DNA of 64,000 nt. Origin: Gemmatimonadales bacterium (lineage in GTDB: Bacteria > Gemmatimonadota > Gemmatimonadetes > Gemmatimonadales > Gemmatimonadaceae). Position 1 is the first letter of the stretch. Every line of letters starts with the position of its first letter. The position numbers and the translations under genes were made by a program. Location of the stretch: NCBI GenBank assembly GCA_038234895.1, contig JBBQSM010000003.1:9542-73541 (forward strand), written 5' to 3'. Below the pieces are notes generated by a model. It ran no database searches, was not told where the DNA came from, and saw nothing but the letters and a program-made list of their open reading frames with translations. Positions 19,961-30,759 of the stretch are shown here, piece after piece.

Positions 19961-21369
19961 CATTCGTTCGCACTGGCACAACCCGTCGCGTTCCACGCGC
20001 CCGCCCGCAACCGTCAACGACCGATCACCCCGGGCAGCAAACCGGCGTACGCGCCCTCATGCTCGCGCTCGCGCTCGCCGCCGCCCCCGAACTCGTTGCC
20101 CAGCAAGCGCTTACGCTTGGCGACGCAGCCCGCCTTGCGGCCAAACAGAACAGCGCGGTTGACGTCGCCCGTGCCCGCGTCGCACAGGCCGACGCCCGCG
20201 TGCTGCAACGGCGCGGCGCGCTCTTTCCCGATGTCGCGGCGGGAATTCAGCAGGCATCGCGCACCCTCAATTCGGCCACGTTCGGATTCAACTTTCGCGA
20301 TCCGCAAGGTCGCCCGTTGCTGAATCCGAATGGCGAAATCATCGGCCCGGTCCCTACGGTCGACATCCGTTATCGCATCACGCAACCACTACTCGATCTC
20401 GGCACCATCGCCCGTTGGCGCGCCGCGCAATCATCGTCGCTCGCCGCACTGGCCGATGTCGACGCGCAGGCAGAAGGAGCCGCGTCGGTCGCGGCCACCG
20501 CGTACATCCGCGCGGCACGCGCCGAGGCGCAGTTGGCTGCGCGCGTTGCCGATTCCACCCTTGCCGCCGATCTGCTGCGCATTGCGCGCGATCAATTGCA
20601 AGCCGGCGTCGGTATCGCGCTCGACGTTACGCGGGCGCAGTCGCAATTGGCGGCCACACGCGCACAACTCATCGCCGCCCGCAACGATCGGGCGCGCACC
20701 GTGCTCGAGCTCAAGCGCGTGATCGGTATGGCGCTCGATGCGCCGTTGGTGCTCTCCGATTCGCTGGCCGGACTTCCGGTCGATGCCACCGTACCCGACG
20801 AGCCCGAAGCCCTGACACGTGCCTTCGCGTCGAGGCAGGATGTCCGTGCGCTGCAGGCGCAGCAGGCCGCCACGCAAAAGACGATCGCGTCCATCCGATG
20901 GGAGCGCACGCCGCAACTCGGCCTGGTATTCGATCAGGGTCAAATCGGTAAGTCGTGGAACAATTTGCTCCCTACATACTCGTGGGGTGTACAGCTGGCC
21001 GTCGGACTTTTCGACGGCAACCGGCGCGACGGTCGCGTGCAAGAGCAGGTCGCCGCATCGCGCGAACTGGACGTGCGACTGAACGATCTGCGCACGCAGA
21101 GTGCGCTCGACGTACGCACGTCGCTGCTGGACCTCTCGGCGGCGCGTGAAGCCGTGGAGGCCGCGCGCGAACGACTGAGTCTTGCCGAACAGGAAGTCGC
21201 GCAGGCGCAGGAACGATTCCGCGCCGGTGTGGCGGGGAACGGGGATGTGATCATCGCACTGCTTTCGCTCAATCAGGCGCGAACGCTGCGCATCGATGCG
21301 CTTGCTGCATTTCAGAACGCGCGCGTTTCCCTCGCTCGCGCGACCGGCGCGGTGCAACGACTCCCGTAG
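19957..21369 (+). CDS. TolC family outer membrane efflux protein
   Basis: Signal peptide; LTLGDAARLA; two OEP repeats; ATGA overlap with tetR (true start may be later). Confidence 0.88.
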   Translation: MTFVRTGTTRRVPRARPQPSTTDHPGQQTGVRALMLALALAAAPELVAQQALTLGDAARLAAKQNSAVDVARARVAQADARVLQRRGALFPDVAAGIQQASRTLNSATFGFNFRDPQGRPLLNPNGEIIGPVPTVDIRYRITQPLLDLGTIARWRAAQSSSLAALADVDAQAEGAASVAATAYIRAARAEAQLAARVADSTLAADLLRIARDQLQAGVGIALDVTRAQSQLAATRAQLIAARNDRARTVLELKRVIGMALDAPLVLSDSLAGLPVDATVPDEPEALTRAFASRQDVRALQAQQAATQKTIASIRWERTPQLGLVFDQGQIGKSWNNLLPTYSWGVQLAVGLFDGNRRDGRVQEQVAASRELDVRLNDLRTQSALDVRTSLLDLSAAREAVEAARERLSLAEQEVAQAQERFRAGVAGNGDVIIALLSLNQARTLRIDALAAFQNARVSLARATGAVQRLP

Positions 21370-21433
21370 TTCGTTTCGTCAACGGCTCAGCGCGCTCCGT
21401 CACCTCATTCATTCGATCACCGGCATCAGGACA

Positions 21434-22555
21434 ATGGCTACCAATACACTCGAACCCACTTCCGCTGATGGCACGACCGGCGCCAGCGCGCACGGCACCG
21501 CACGCGGCAATGCACCCACGAAACGCAACCCGCTGCGCATTGTGGTGCCGCTACTGCTGCTTGCCGCCGGCGCGTGGTGGGGCTTCGACCGGTGGAGCTT
21601 TGCGCAGACGCACGAAAGCACCGACAACGCGCAGGTGGACGGCCACATCGTTCCCATCGTCGCGAAGGTGGGTGGCTTTGTGACTGCGGTGAACGCCGGC
21701 GAGAATGCGCACGTGAGCGACAGCGCCGTACTGGTGCGCATTGATGAGCGCGAGTATCGGGTGCGTCTCGCACAGGCGGAGGCGGAGCTCGCGGCAGCGC
21801 GTGCATCGGCCGGCGGACGCGGGGTCGAAGGCCAGGCCGATGCGATGGTGCGCTCGGCGTCCAGCCAGCGCGATGTCGGCAACGCGCAAGTCATTGCGGC
21901 GCGATCGACTGTCGTGAAAACACAGGGCGATCTTGCGCGCGCCAAGGAACTCGTCGCCAAACAGATCATCAGTGTCGCACAGCTCGATGCCGCGCAGGCG
22001 GCGTACGATGCGGCGGTGGCCACGTTTACGGCTACCGAGCGACAGGTCAACGCCGCCACGTCGGGCATCTCCAACGCGCAGGCCGGCGTGCGACTCGCGC
22101 AGGCGCGATTGCAGGCCGCCGAGGCCACCCGTGCCAACGCGTCGTTGCAGCTGTCGTTCACGTCGATCACGGCACCGATGGCCGGTACCGTTTCGCGTAA
22201 GTCCGTCGAAGTGGGCCAGCTCGTGCAGTCTGGACAGACCCTGCTTTCCATCGTCTCCGACAGTGGTCTTTTTGTTACTGCGAACCTCAAGGAGACGCAG
22301 CTCGCGCGTGTGCGCGTGGGACAGCGCGTGGAGATCGAGGTCGATGCGTACGGTGCATCGGCCGAAGGCGTGATCGAAAGCATTGCCTCCGCGACTGGCG
22401 CCAAGTTCGCGCTCCTGCCGCCAGACAACGCGACGGGCAACTTCACGAAGGTCGTGCAGCGTATTCCCGTCCGCGTCCGCATCACGAAAGATCTGGGTGC
22501 CGAGCGTCCGCTGCGTCCGGGGATGTCCGTCGTGGCCAACGTCATCGTCAAGTAG
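21434..22555 (+). CDS. emrA: EmrA/HlyD family membrane fusion protein
   Basis: STDNAQV; coiled coil; ANLKETQL; FALLPPDNATGNFTKVVQRIPVR; LRPGMS. Confidence 0.9.
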   Translation: MATNTLEPTSADGTTGASAHGTARGNAPTKRNPLRIVVPLLLLAAGAWWGFDRWSFAQTHESTDNAQVDGHIVPIVAKVGGFVTAVNAGENAHVSDSAVLVRIDEREYRVRLAQAEAELAAARASAGGRGVEGQADAMVRSASSQRDVGNAQVIAARSTVVKTQGDLARAKELVAKQIISVAQLDAAQAAYDAAVATFTATERQVNAATSGISNAQAGVRLAQARLQAAEATRANASLQLSFTSITAPMAGTVSRKSVEVGQLVQSGQTLLSIVSDSGLFVTANLKETQLARVRVGQRVEIEVDAYGASAEGVIESIASATGAKFALLPPDNATGNFTKVVQRIPVRVRITKDLGAERPLRPGMSVVANVIVK

Positions 22556-22561
22556 CGAACC

Positions 22562-24178
22562 GTGGCGACTCAGGTACTCGCGCCGTCGGCGGCGGTGCGG
22601 CGCGCGGCAAGCGGTGCGCAGGGTGTCGTGGCCGACGACCCGTACAAGAACCGCTATCTCATCGCGATCGCGGTGACGCTGGCGGCCGTCCTCGAATTGG
22701 TGGACACGTCGATCGTGAACGTGGCGATCCCGCACATGATGGGCACGCTCGGCGCGACGCTTGATGAAATCGCGTGGGTGTCGACGTCGTACATCATCGC
22801 CAACGTCATCGTGATTCCCATGTCGAGCTGGCTGTCGTCGTACTTCGGGCGACGGCGGTATCTGTTCGGATCGATCGTGCTGTTTGTTGTCGCGTCGTTT
22901 TTCTGCGGTGCGGCCACGTCGCTGGTCGGACTCGTGGTGTGGCGGGTCATTCAAGGGCTTGGTGGCGGTGCCCTGCTTTCCACTGCGCAGACCACGATCT
23001 TTGAGTCGTTTCCGCCCGAAGAGCGCGGGATTGGGCAGGCGATCTTCGGCATGGGAGTGATGGTCGGCCCGACCCTTGGCCCCACACTTGGTGGCTACAT
23101 CGTGGACGCCTACGCGTGGCCGTGGATTTTCTACATCAACGTGCCGCTCGGTATTGGCGCGGCGTGGATGGTGTGGACATACGTGCGGAATGCGGCGCAT
23201 CAGGTGCGCGCCACGTCAATCGATGTGATGGGGATCGCGCTGCTGGCGCTGGCCGTGGGCTCGCTGCAGTGGATGCTCGAACGGGGAGAACGCTTCGACT
23301 GGTTTGAATCGCGCTTCGTGCTGGTGTTGGCCGCCACAAGTCTCGTATCCACCGTGTTGCTGGTGTGGCACGAGCTGCGCACACCGGAGCCGATCATCGA
23401 CTTCCGCATTCTTCGTTCGCGACAACTCGCCCCCGGCGTGCTCTTCGCCGCGTTTCTCGGTCTGGCGCTCTACGGTTCGGTCTTTGTGTTGCCCGTCTTC
23501 CTGCAGCAATTGCACGGCTACACGGCGTGGCAAACGGGCAAGGTGATTCTGCCGGGCGCCCTGGCGTCGGCGTTCACGATGGCCGTAATGGGCCGATTGG
23601 CGTCCAAGCTGGACGCCCGTCCGCTGGTGGTCGCTGGCTCGATCCTGTTCCTGCTCTCCATGTGGTCGCTCTCGCGCATCACGCTCGATGTGGGACAGGA
23701 CGAGCTGTTCTGGCCGCTTATTTTTCGTGGCGTCGGATTGGGGCTGATCTTCGTGCCGCTGACCAACGCCACCGTGGCGGGGTTGCCTGTGCGCTCGCTG
23801 GGCCAGGGCACGGGGATGTTCAATCTCATGCGGCAACTGGGCGGATCCCTCGGCATTGCCATCATGGCCACGCTACTGTCGCGTCTGACGAAGGTGGAGA
23901 AGGCCGTGCTGACGGAGCACGCGGGCGCCTACGATCCGCTCACCGCCGAGCGGGTGGCCGCGCTCACCCGCGGCATGGCCGCGCGCGGGACGGACGCGGC
24001 GGTGGCCGGGCAGCAGGCGCTCCTCGCGCTCGATCGTCAGATTTCGGCGCAGGCGAGCGTGCTCGCGTTCTCGCGGCTGTATCTGATCAGCGGCATCCTG
24101 CTGGTGGCCGCGTTACCGCTGCTGCTGCTCTGGCGCACCGGCCGGTCCACGGGACGGGCGCCGGTTGACGCGCATTAG
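22562..24178 (+). CDS. emrB: DHA2 family MFS efflux permease (EmrB-like)
   Basis: DTSIVNVAIP; RVIQGLGGG; GPTLGPTLGG; WPWIFYINVP; FNLMRQLGGSLG. Confidence 0.9.
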   Translation: MATQVLAPSAAVRRAASGAQGVVADDPYKNRYLIAIAVTLAAVLELVDTSIVNVAIPHMMGTLGATLDEIAWVSTSYIIANVIVIPMSSWLSSYFGRRRYLFGSIVLFVVASFFCGAATSLVGLVVWRVIQGLGGGALLSTAQTTIFESFPPEERGIGQAIFGMGVMVGPTLGPTLGGYIVDAYAWPWIFYINVPLGIGAAWMVWTYVRNAAHQVRATSIDVMGIALLALAVGSLQWMLERGERFDWFESRFVLVLAATSLVSTVLLVWHELRTPEPIIDFRILRSRQLAPGVLFAAFLGLALYGSVFVLPVFLQQLHGYTAWQTGKVILPGALASAFTMAVMGRLASKLDARPLVVAGSILFLLSMWSLSRITLDVGQDELFWPLIFRGVGLGLIFVPLTNATVAGLPVRSLGQGTGMFNLMRQLGGSLGIAIMATLLSRLTKVEKAVLTEHAGAYDPLTAERVAALTRGMAARGTDAAVAGQQALLALDRQISAQASVLAFSRLYLISGILLVAALPLLLLWRTGRSTGRAPVDAH

Positions 24179-24316
24179 GATCGCGCGCTCGGGCCGCGCA
24201 TTGGCGTTGCGCCCACGCGATGTCCGGCGCGCGCGGCCCGAAACGTGCCGCATAGGCATAGCTTTCCTAGTTCGTGCCGTGCCTGCTTTGTCGTCTCACT
24301 TCGCCCCTCCGCGCTC

Positions 24317-24943
24317 GTGACCCTGCCAACTCGCGCCGAAGCACTCGCCCTCATGGAGTCCTGGACGGCGAGCGATTCCCTGCGCAAACACATGCTCTCC
24401 GTCGAGGCGGCGATGCGTGCCTACGCGCTCCGTTTCGGCGAGGACGTCCAGTCCTGGGCGATCACCGGACTCATCCACGACTTCGACTACGAGCGGTTTC
24501 CTAACGAATCGCAGGGTGCCGACGTCGAACATCCGGCGGAAGGGGTTCGCCACCTCCGTTTGCTGGGTTGGCCGGACGACGTCTGCGAGGCGGTGCTCGG
24601 TCATGCGCACTACACGGGCGTGGCAAGAACGACCCGCATGGCACAGGCGCTCTTCGCGGTGGACGAGCTGACCGGTCTGATCACGGCCTCTGCGCTGGTG
24701 AAGCCGTCGCGTGCCGTGGCCGACGTAGAGGTGGCGGGTGTACGGAAGAAGATGAAGGACAAGGGGTTCGCCAGAGGCGTCAACCGCGAGGACATCATTC
24801 AGGGCGCGGAGGCACTTGGCGTGCCGCTCGACGAACACATCGGCATCGTGCTGTTGGCGATGCAGGAAATCGCAGGAACGCTCGGACTTGCCGGACCGAC
24901 GCGCACCGATTCAACGCCCCTCGCAGGAGACGCGTATTCCTGA
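24317..24943 (+). CDS. HD-superfamily (HDIG-type) predicted hydrolase
   Basis: LRKHMLSVE; GLIHDFDYE; AVLGH; AVDELTGL; KKMKDKGFARGVNR. Confidence 0.85.
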   Translation: MTLPTRAEALALMESWTASDSLRKHMLSVEAAMRAYALRFGEDVQSWAITGLIHDFDYERFPNESQGADVEHPAEGVRHLRLLGWPDDVCEAVLGHAHYTGVARTTRMAQALFAVDELTGLITASALVKPSRAVADVEVAGVRKKMKDKGFARGVNREDIIQGAEALGVPLDEHIGIVLLAMQEIAGTLGLAGPTRTDSTPLAGDAYS

Positions 24944-25668
24944 TGACTCAACCAGACCGGATGACTTCTCTCGCCCTTCCCATCTCAGCCTCGAGGCCCG
25001 CCACGGCGGACACGTGTGCTGTCGGGGAGAGCGTGATGGTCGAGCGGTCAGTGGGGCATCCGGGGACGGGCGCACGCCATGAAACAGTCATTCCCTTGGT
25101 GCCGGTGAGCGACCTGCCATTTCCATCGGCGGATGTGCTGGAGGAGCGGGCACTCGTGCTCGCGGCACAGCGCGGCGACAACACGGCATTTGCCGGCCTG
25201 GTGCAGCGACACCAGCGTCGCGCATACGCCGTCGCCCGGTCGATCGTCCTGTCGCACGACGACGCGGAGGATGCGGTGCAGGAAGGGTTTCTGCACGCGT
25301 TCCGCGCGATGGAGCGGTTCCGTCCGGAGCAGGCGTTCGGCGCCTGGTTGCACCGCATCGTGGCGAACGCTGCGCTGGACATCGCGCGACGCCGCAAGGT
25401 TCGGGACGCCGACGAGTTGCCGGAGACATTGTCGTCGCCGCATCGCGATCCGGCAGAAGCTGATGAATTGCGCACGCGGCTGATGCGTGCGCTGGAAACC
25501 CTCGGAGAACGACAGCGGTCAGTGATCGTGCTGCACGACGTCGAGGGATATAAACACGCGGAGATCGGCGCACTTCTCGGAATTCCCGAGGGCACCGCTC
25601 GATCTGACCTGCACCATGCCCGGTCGCACCTGCGGCGACTGCTGGGCAACCTGCGGAGCATCGAATGA
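24943..25668 (+). CDS. ECF RNA polymerase sigma factor
   Basis: Region 2 DAEDAVQEGF..FGAWLHRIVAN; region 4 EGYKHAEIGALLGIPEGTARSDLHHAR; start 24943 (TGATG-coupled) or GTG 25105. Confidence 0.9.
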   Translation: MTQPDRMTSLALPISASRPATADTCAVGESVMVERSVGHPGTGARHETVIPLVPVSDLPFPSADVLEERALVLAAQRGDNTAFAGLVQRHQRRAYAVARSIVLSHDDAEDAVQEGFLHAFRAMERFRPEQAFGAWLHRIVANAALDIARRRKVRDADELPETLSSPHRDPAEADELRTRLMRALETLGERQRSVIVLHDVEGYKHAEIGALLGIPEGTARSDLHHARSHLRRLLGNLRSIE

Positions 25669-26099
25669 CGGACTTTCAGCGGACAGACGACGGACGGAGC
25701 GACGAGACGGATCCGGCGCTCACGCACTTGCTGCACACCGCGTACAGCGCGCCCACCAGCGACGCCTACTGGGCGGGACTCGAGCAGCGCGTGATGGCAC
25801 GGATCAAAGAGTCGGCGCCACTCGCGTGGTGGACGGTCTTCTCCGAATGGCGCACGGCCGGCCTCGTCGCGGCCACGTTTGCGCTGTTGCTGGCCGGCGC
25901 GGCGATGGTGCGCGAGCGCGCCGACGACACCGCGCCGCAAACGGCGATCGGGGACACGTACGGTCCGGCGTACGATCCAGCCTTCGAGGCGTCCGTTGAG
26001 GCGCTGCTGGCCGGCGACGCGGTGACGTTCAGCGCCGGTACGCGCCGTCGGCTCCCTGAGGATGCGCCCGAGCGCTACCTCAACCCGCTCGGCTGGTAG
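25665..26099 (+). CDS. Putative single-TM anti-sigma factor
   Basis: ATGA-coupled to the ECF gene; P..YW..L..RV motif followed by a TM helix. Confidence 0.6.
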   Translation: MTDFQRTDDGRSDETDPALTHLLHTAYSAPTSDAYWAGLEQRVMARIKESAPLAWWTVFSEWRTAGLVAATFALLLAGAAMVRERADDTAPQTAIGDTYGPAYDPAFEASVEALLAGDAVTFSAGTRRRLPEDAPERYLNPLGW

Positions 26100-26111
26100 G
26101 CGGACTCCGTC

Positions 26112-26510
26112 GTGGCCAATTCTCCCCGCTCCAAGTCTCTCGCGCTGATGTTCTTGCTCGGCGCGTTCCTCACCGGCGGCGCCGTTGGCTTCGTGGCCGA
26201 TCGCGCGGTCACTCTCTCGCGTCCGGAGCGCAGGCAGGAGGCCGATCGCAGCATGCGAGACAGTCTCGACGCCGAGCTTGAACTGACCGACACCCAACGA
26301 CGCGCCGTCGATTCCGTTCTCGACTGGCGTGGCTCCCGTTTCAAGGAAATCATGGATTCCGTGCGTCCGAGTTTCAATGCCATGCGCGACAGCGCGCGCG
26401 TGCTGCTCATGAAGGAGTTCGATCCCGCGCAACAAGCCGCGTTCGTGCGTATCATCGAGCGCAACCGCATCGCCGACAGCGCCCGCAAGGCCAAGGATGG
26501 CCGCCGATGA
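26112..26510 (+). CDS. Small membrane-anchored helical protein, Spy/CpxP/ZraP-like
   Basis: N-terminal TM; ELELTDTQ (LTxxQ) and FDPAQQ degenerate second copy. Confidence 0.6.
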   Translation: MANSPRSKSLALMFLLGAFLTGGAVGFVADRAVTLSRPERRQEADRSMRDSLDAELELTDTQRRAVDSVLDWRGSRFKEIMDSVRPSFNAMRDSARVLLMKEFDPAQQAAFVRIIERNRIADSARKAKDGRR

Positions 26511-27868
26511 ACCGCCAGCACTTCCGCCACGCGCGCGCGGCCACCTGCGCGCTACTCACCGGGGCGGCCCTCGTGGTCGCCCCGCTTGGCGCCCAGACCC
26601 TGCCTGCTGAAGACGGCGCCCGACTCGTGACCTTGCAAGAGGCCATCGACCTCGCGCAGCGCAACGCGCCGGCCGCGGTGCAAGCGCGCGGCCTCGACCG
26701 CAATGCGGCCGCCGCGCGACGTCAGGCCTTGGGCTCGTATGTGCCCAACGTGAATCTCTCGGCGGGCACGGGGCGCACGCAGGGCACGACGATCAACAAC
26801 TTCAACGGGCAGCTCACGTCGCTGTCCGGCAATCCATGGAGCTACAACAACGGCCTCGCGCTCAACGTCGAGCTGTTCGACGGTGGACGTCGCTGGTCCG
26901 AGGTGAATCGCATCCGCGCCACGGCTGACGTGGCCGATGTGTCGGCCGTGGCCGCGCGCTTCGACGCCTCGTTGCAAGTGAAGCAGCAGTTCTATGCCGC
27001 ACTCGCTGCACGTGAGTCGGCGGCGGCAGCCAAGGCGCAGCTCGAACAGGCGGAGCAGCAGCTCAAGGCCTCGTCGGCGCGAGTAGCGGCCGGTGTCGCG
27101 ACCAAGTCGGACTCGTTGCGCTCGGCCATTCAGGTGGGCAACGCGCAACTGGCCGTGCTCACCGCCGAAAACGATCTGCGCGTGGCCAACGCCGCGCTCA
27201 CGCGCGTGTCCGGTTCCACGACCACGATTTCTGCATCGCCAGACGACACGCTCGACACGCAGGTGACGCTGCCGACCGAAGCCGAGCTGGCCACGTTTGC
27301 GGTGGATGGTCCGGCGGTGCGGCTGGCCGAGTCGAACGTGGCTGTCACCCGGGCCGCCAAGCGCACGCAGCGCTCGACGTATCTGCCCACGATGACCATG
27401 TCGTACAACTACGCGTTCAGCCAGAACAGCCGCGGCTTTGCCGGCACGAATCTGATTCTGGTGGGCGGAGACAACGCGAGCCGACAGACGATCAACTTCA
27501 ACATCCAGTACCAGCTCTACAACGGGTTTTCGCGTGAAGCCCAAACGGTTCAGGCCGATGTGGCCCTGACGAACGCGGAAGCGCAGTTGCGCGACGCCCG
27601 GCTTGCGGCGCGGCAGAATCTCACCGCGTTCGTCCGTTCGCTGCAAAACGCGCAGGCGCGCGTGGACGTGCAACTCGCCGCCATCGCTGCGGCGGACGAA
27701 GACCTGCGGGTACAGCAGCAGCGCTACGCGCTTGGTGCATCCACACTGCTCGATCTGCTTACCTCGCAGACGCAGTTGAATGTTGCGCGTCAGGCGCTCA
27801 TTCAAGCGCGTCTCGACGGTCGCATTGCCCGTGCGCAGCTCTCGTCGTTGCTCGGTCGCGAGCTGTGA
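26507..27868 (+). CDS. TolC family outer membrane efflux protein
   Basis: Signal peptide; VTLQEAIDLA; RYALGASTLLDLL; two OEP repeats. Confidence 0.9.
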   Translation: MNRQHFRHARAATCALLTGAALVVAPLGAQTLPAEDGARLVTLQEAIDLAQRNAPAAVQARGLDRNAAAARRQALGSYVPNVNLSAGTGRTQGTTINNFNGQLTSLSGNPWSYNNGLALNVELFDGGRRWSEVNRIRATADVADVSAVAARFDASLQVKQQFYAALAARESAAAAKAQLEQAEQQLKASSARVAAGVATKSDSLRSAIQVGNAQLAVLTAENDLRVANAALTRVSGSTTTISASPDDTLDTQVTLPTEAELATFAVDGPAVRLAESNVAVTRAAKRTQRSTYLPTMTMSYNYAFSQNSRGFAGTNLILVGGDNASRQTINFNIQYQLYNGFSREAQTVQADVALTNAEAQLRDARLAARQNLTAFVRSLQNAQARVDVQLAAIAAADEDLRVQQQRYALGASTLLDLLTSQTQLNVARQALIQARLDGRIARAQLSSLLGREL

Positions 27869-29396
27869 CCGCTTTTCAATCCGTGTCATTTCACCGGAGC
27901 ATTGCCGTGCTGACTCGTTTTACGCACTCCGGAATGACCGGCGCTGTCACCGTGGTCGCCATCTCCGCGCTGCTCTCCGCTTGCGCGTCAAAGAAGGAGA
28001 CCGTGATTCCCATCAGCAGTGTGGCGGTCGATCGTCGCACCATCGTGATCGACGCGCAGGCAACCGGCGCCGTCGAGCCAATCAACGTCATTGAAGTGAA
28101 GTCGAAGGCGTCGGGCCTGATCACGCGCATGCCCGTCGAGACCGGATCGTCGGTGCGCGCCGGTCAATTGCTGGTGCAGGTGGACACCCGCGATGTGCAG
28201 AACCAGTACGACCAGTCGCTCGCCGACCAGCGGTCGGCGCAGGCCAACCTCGATGTGGCGGCCGCGCAGAAGAAACGCTCCGACGATCTGTACCAAACGC
28301 GCATCATCACCACGCAGGAATTCGAGACGGCGCAGCTTGGGTTGACGCAGGCGCAGGGTCAGATGGTACGCGCCAACACCAACCTCGATCTGGCCAAGCA
28401 GCGCCTCGAAGATGCAACCGTTGTAGCGCCGGTCGGCGGCACGATCATTTCCAAGCCAGTCGCACTCGGCCAGGTGATCACTTCGGCCACTGGCGCCTTC
28501 GGCGGCGGTACCACGCTGCTGACCATGGCGGACCTGAGCAAGGTGCGTATGCGCGCGATGGTGAACGAAACGGATATCGGCAACGTGAAGAGTGGACAAC
28601 CCGCACGCGTCACCGTCGATGCGTATCCCGACAAGCCGTTTCAGGGCGTCGTCGAAAAGATCGAACCGCAGGCCGTCGTGGTGCAGAGTGTGACGATGTT
28701 CCCGGTCATCATCTCGCTCGAGAACAACGAAGGCTTTCTCAAGCCGGGCATGAACGGCGAAGTGTCCTTGCTGATCGAGCGGCGCGAGAATGTCGTGGCT
28801 GTTGCCAACGACGCCGTGCGCACGGTGCGTGAGGCCGCGACGGCCGCCGGATTTGTCGGACTGAACCCTGATTCGGTGGTGGCCTACGTACAGCGCACGC
28901 AGGCTGGCATGGGCGGCGGTCGCAATGGCGGCAGCGGACGGCCCGGGGCGGATACCCCGGCCACGCAGGCCGTGCCGATGCCCTCCGGTGACGCGCCCGC
29001 TGCCGGCGGTAGACAGAATGCCGCTCGGAATGCGACGCAAGGGTCAGCTGCGGGAACGCGGACGGCTCGCGCGTCGGGTGCCCCCGGCGGGACCGGAAGC
29101 GGCGGCAATAGTGCAAGCCGAGCGCGCACGGGACTCGTCTTCGTGGAAGTGTCGGCCGGCAAGTATGAGCCGCGTCTCGTCCGTCTCGGCGCGTCCAATT
29201 ACGACTACTCGGAAGTGCTGAGCGGTCTCAACGAAGGCGACATGGTCGCCACGCTGAACGTTGCCGCGTTGCAAGCCAAGCGTGATCAGGCCAACGATCG
29301 CTTCCGCAGCATGACGGCCGTGCCCGGCGCGCCGGCAGCGACGCCGGCACGTGGCGGCGGTGGTGGCGGCGGTGGGCGTCCGCCTGGTGGCAACTG

Positions 29397-29397
<1 letters not shown>
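27865..29397 (+). CDS. MacA-like periplasmic adaptor (lipoprotein)
   Basis: LLSAC lipobox; EVKSKASG; VNETDIG; LKPGM; Gly-rich insert and tail; start uncertain. Confidence 0.88.
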
Positions 29398-30617
<1,220 letters not shown>

Positions 30618-30658
30618 AACGGGTCGTCTCGCGCCGCGCACCACTGCTGATGACTCGC

Positions 30659-30696
30659 GCAGGCCCCGTTGATGCGGTACGCACGACGGGGCCTGC
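30659..30696 (+). terminator. GC-rich hairpin after macB-like gene
   Basis: GCAGGCCCCGT..ACGGGGCCTGC 11-bp stem with inner TGCG/CGCA; no U-tract. Confidence 0.45.
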
Positions 30697-30759
30697 TGCG
30701 TTGCAAGCCTTTGGCTCCAGCGTGAGCACGCTGCTAGATTTCGCCGTCAGTAACAAACC

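Noticed and set aside
24189-24241. Inverted repeat TCGGGCCGCGC/GCGCGGCCCGA after emrB, preceded by TAGGATCGCG
   Set aside because: Only one GGATCGCG-like unit and no arm motifs; could be a weak terminator or chance in GC-rich DNA, so it is not counted as a family copy.
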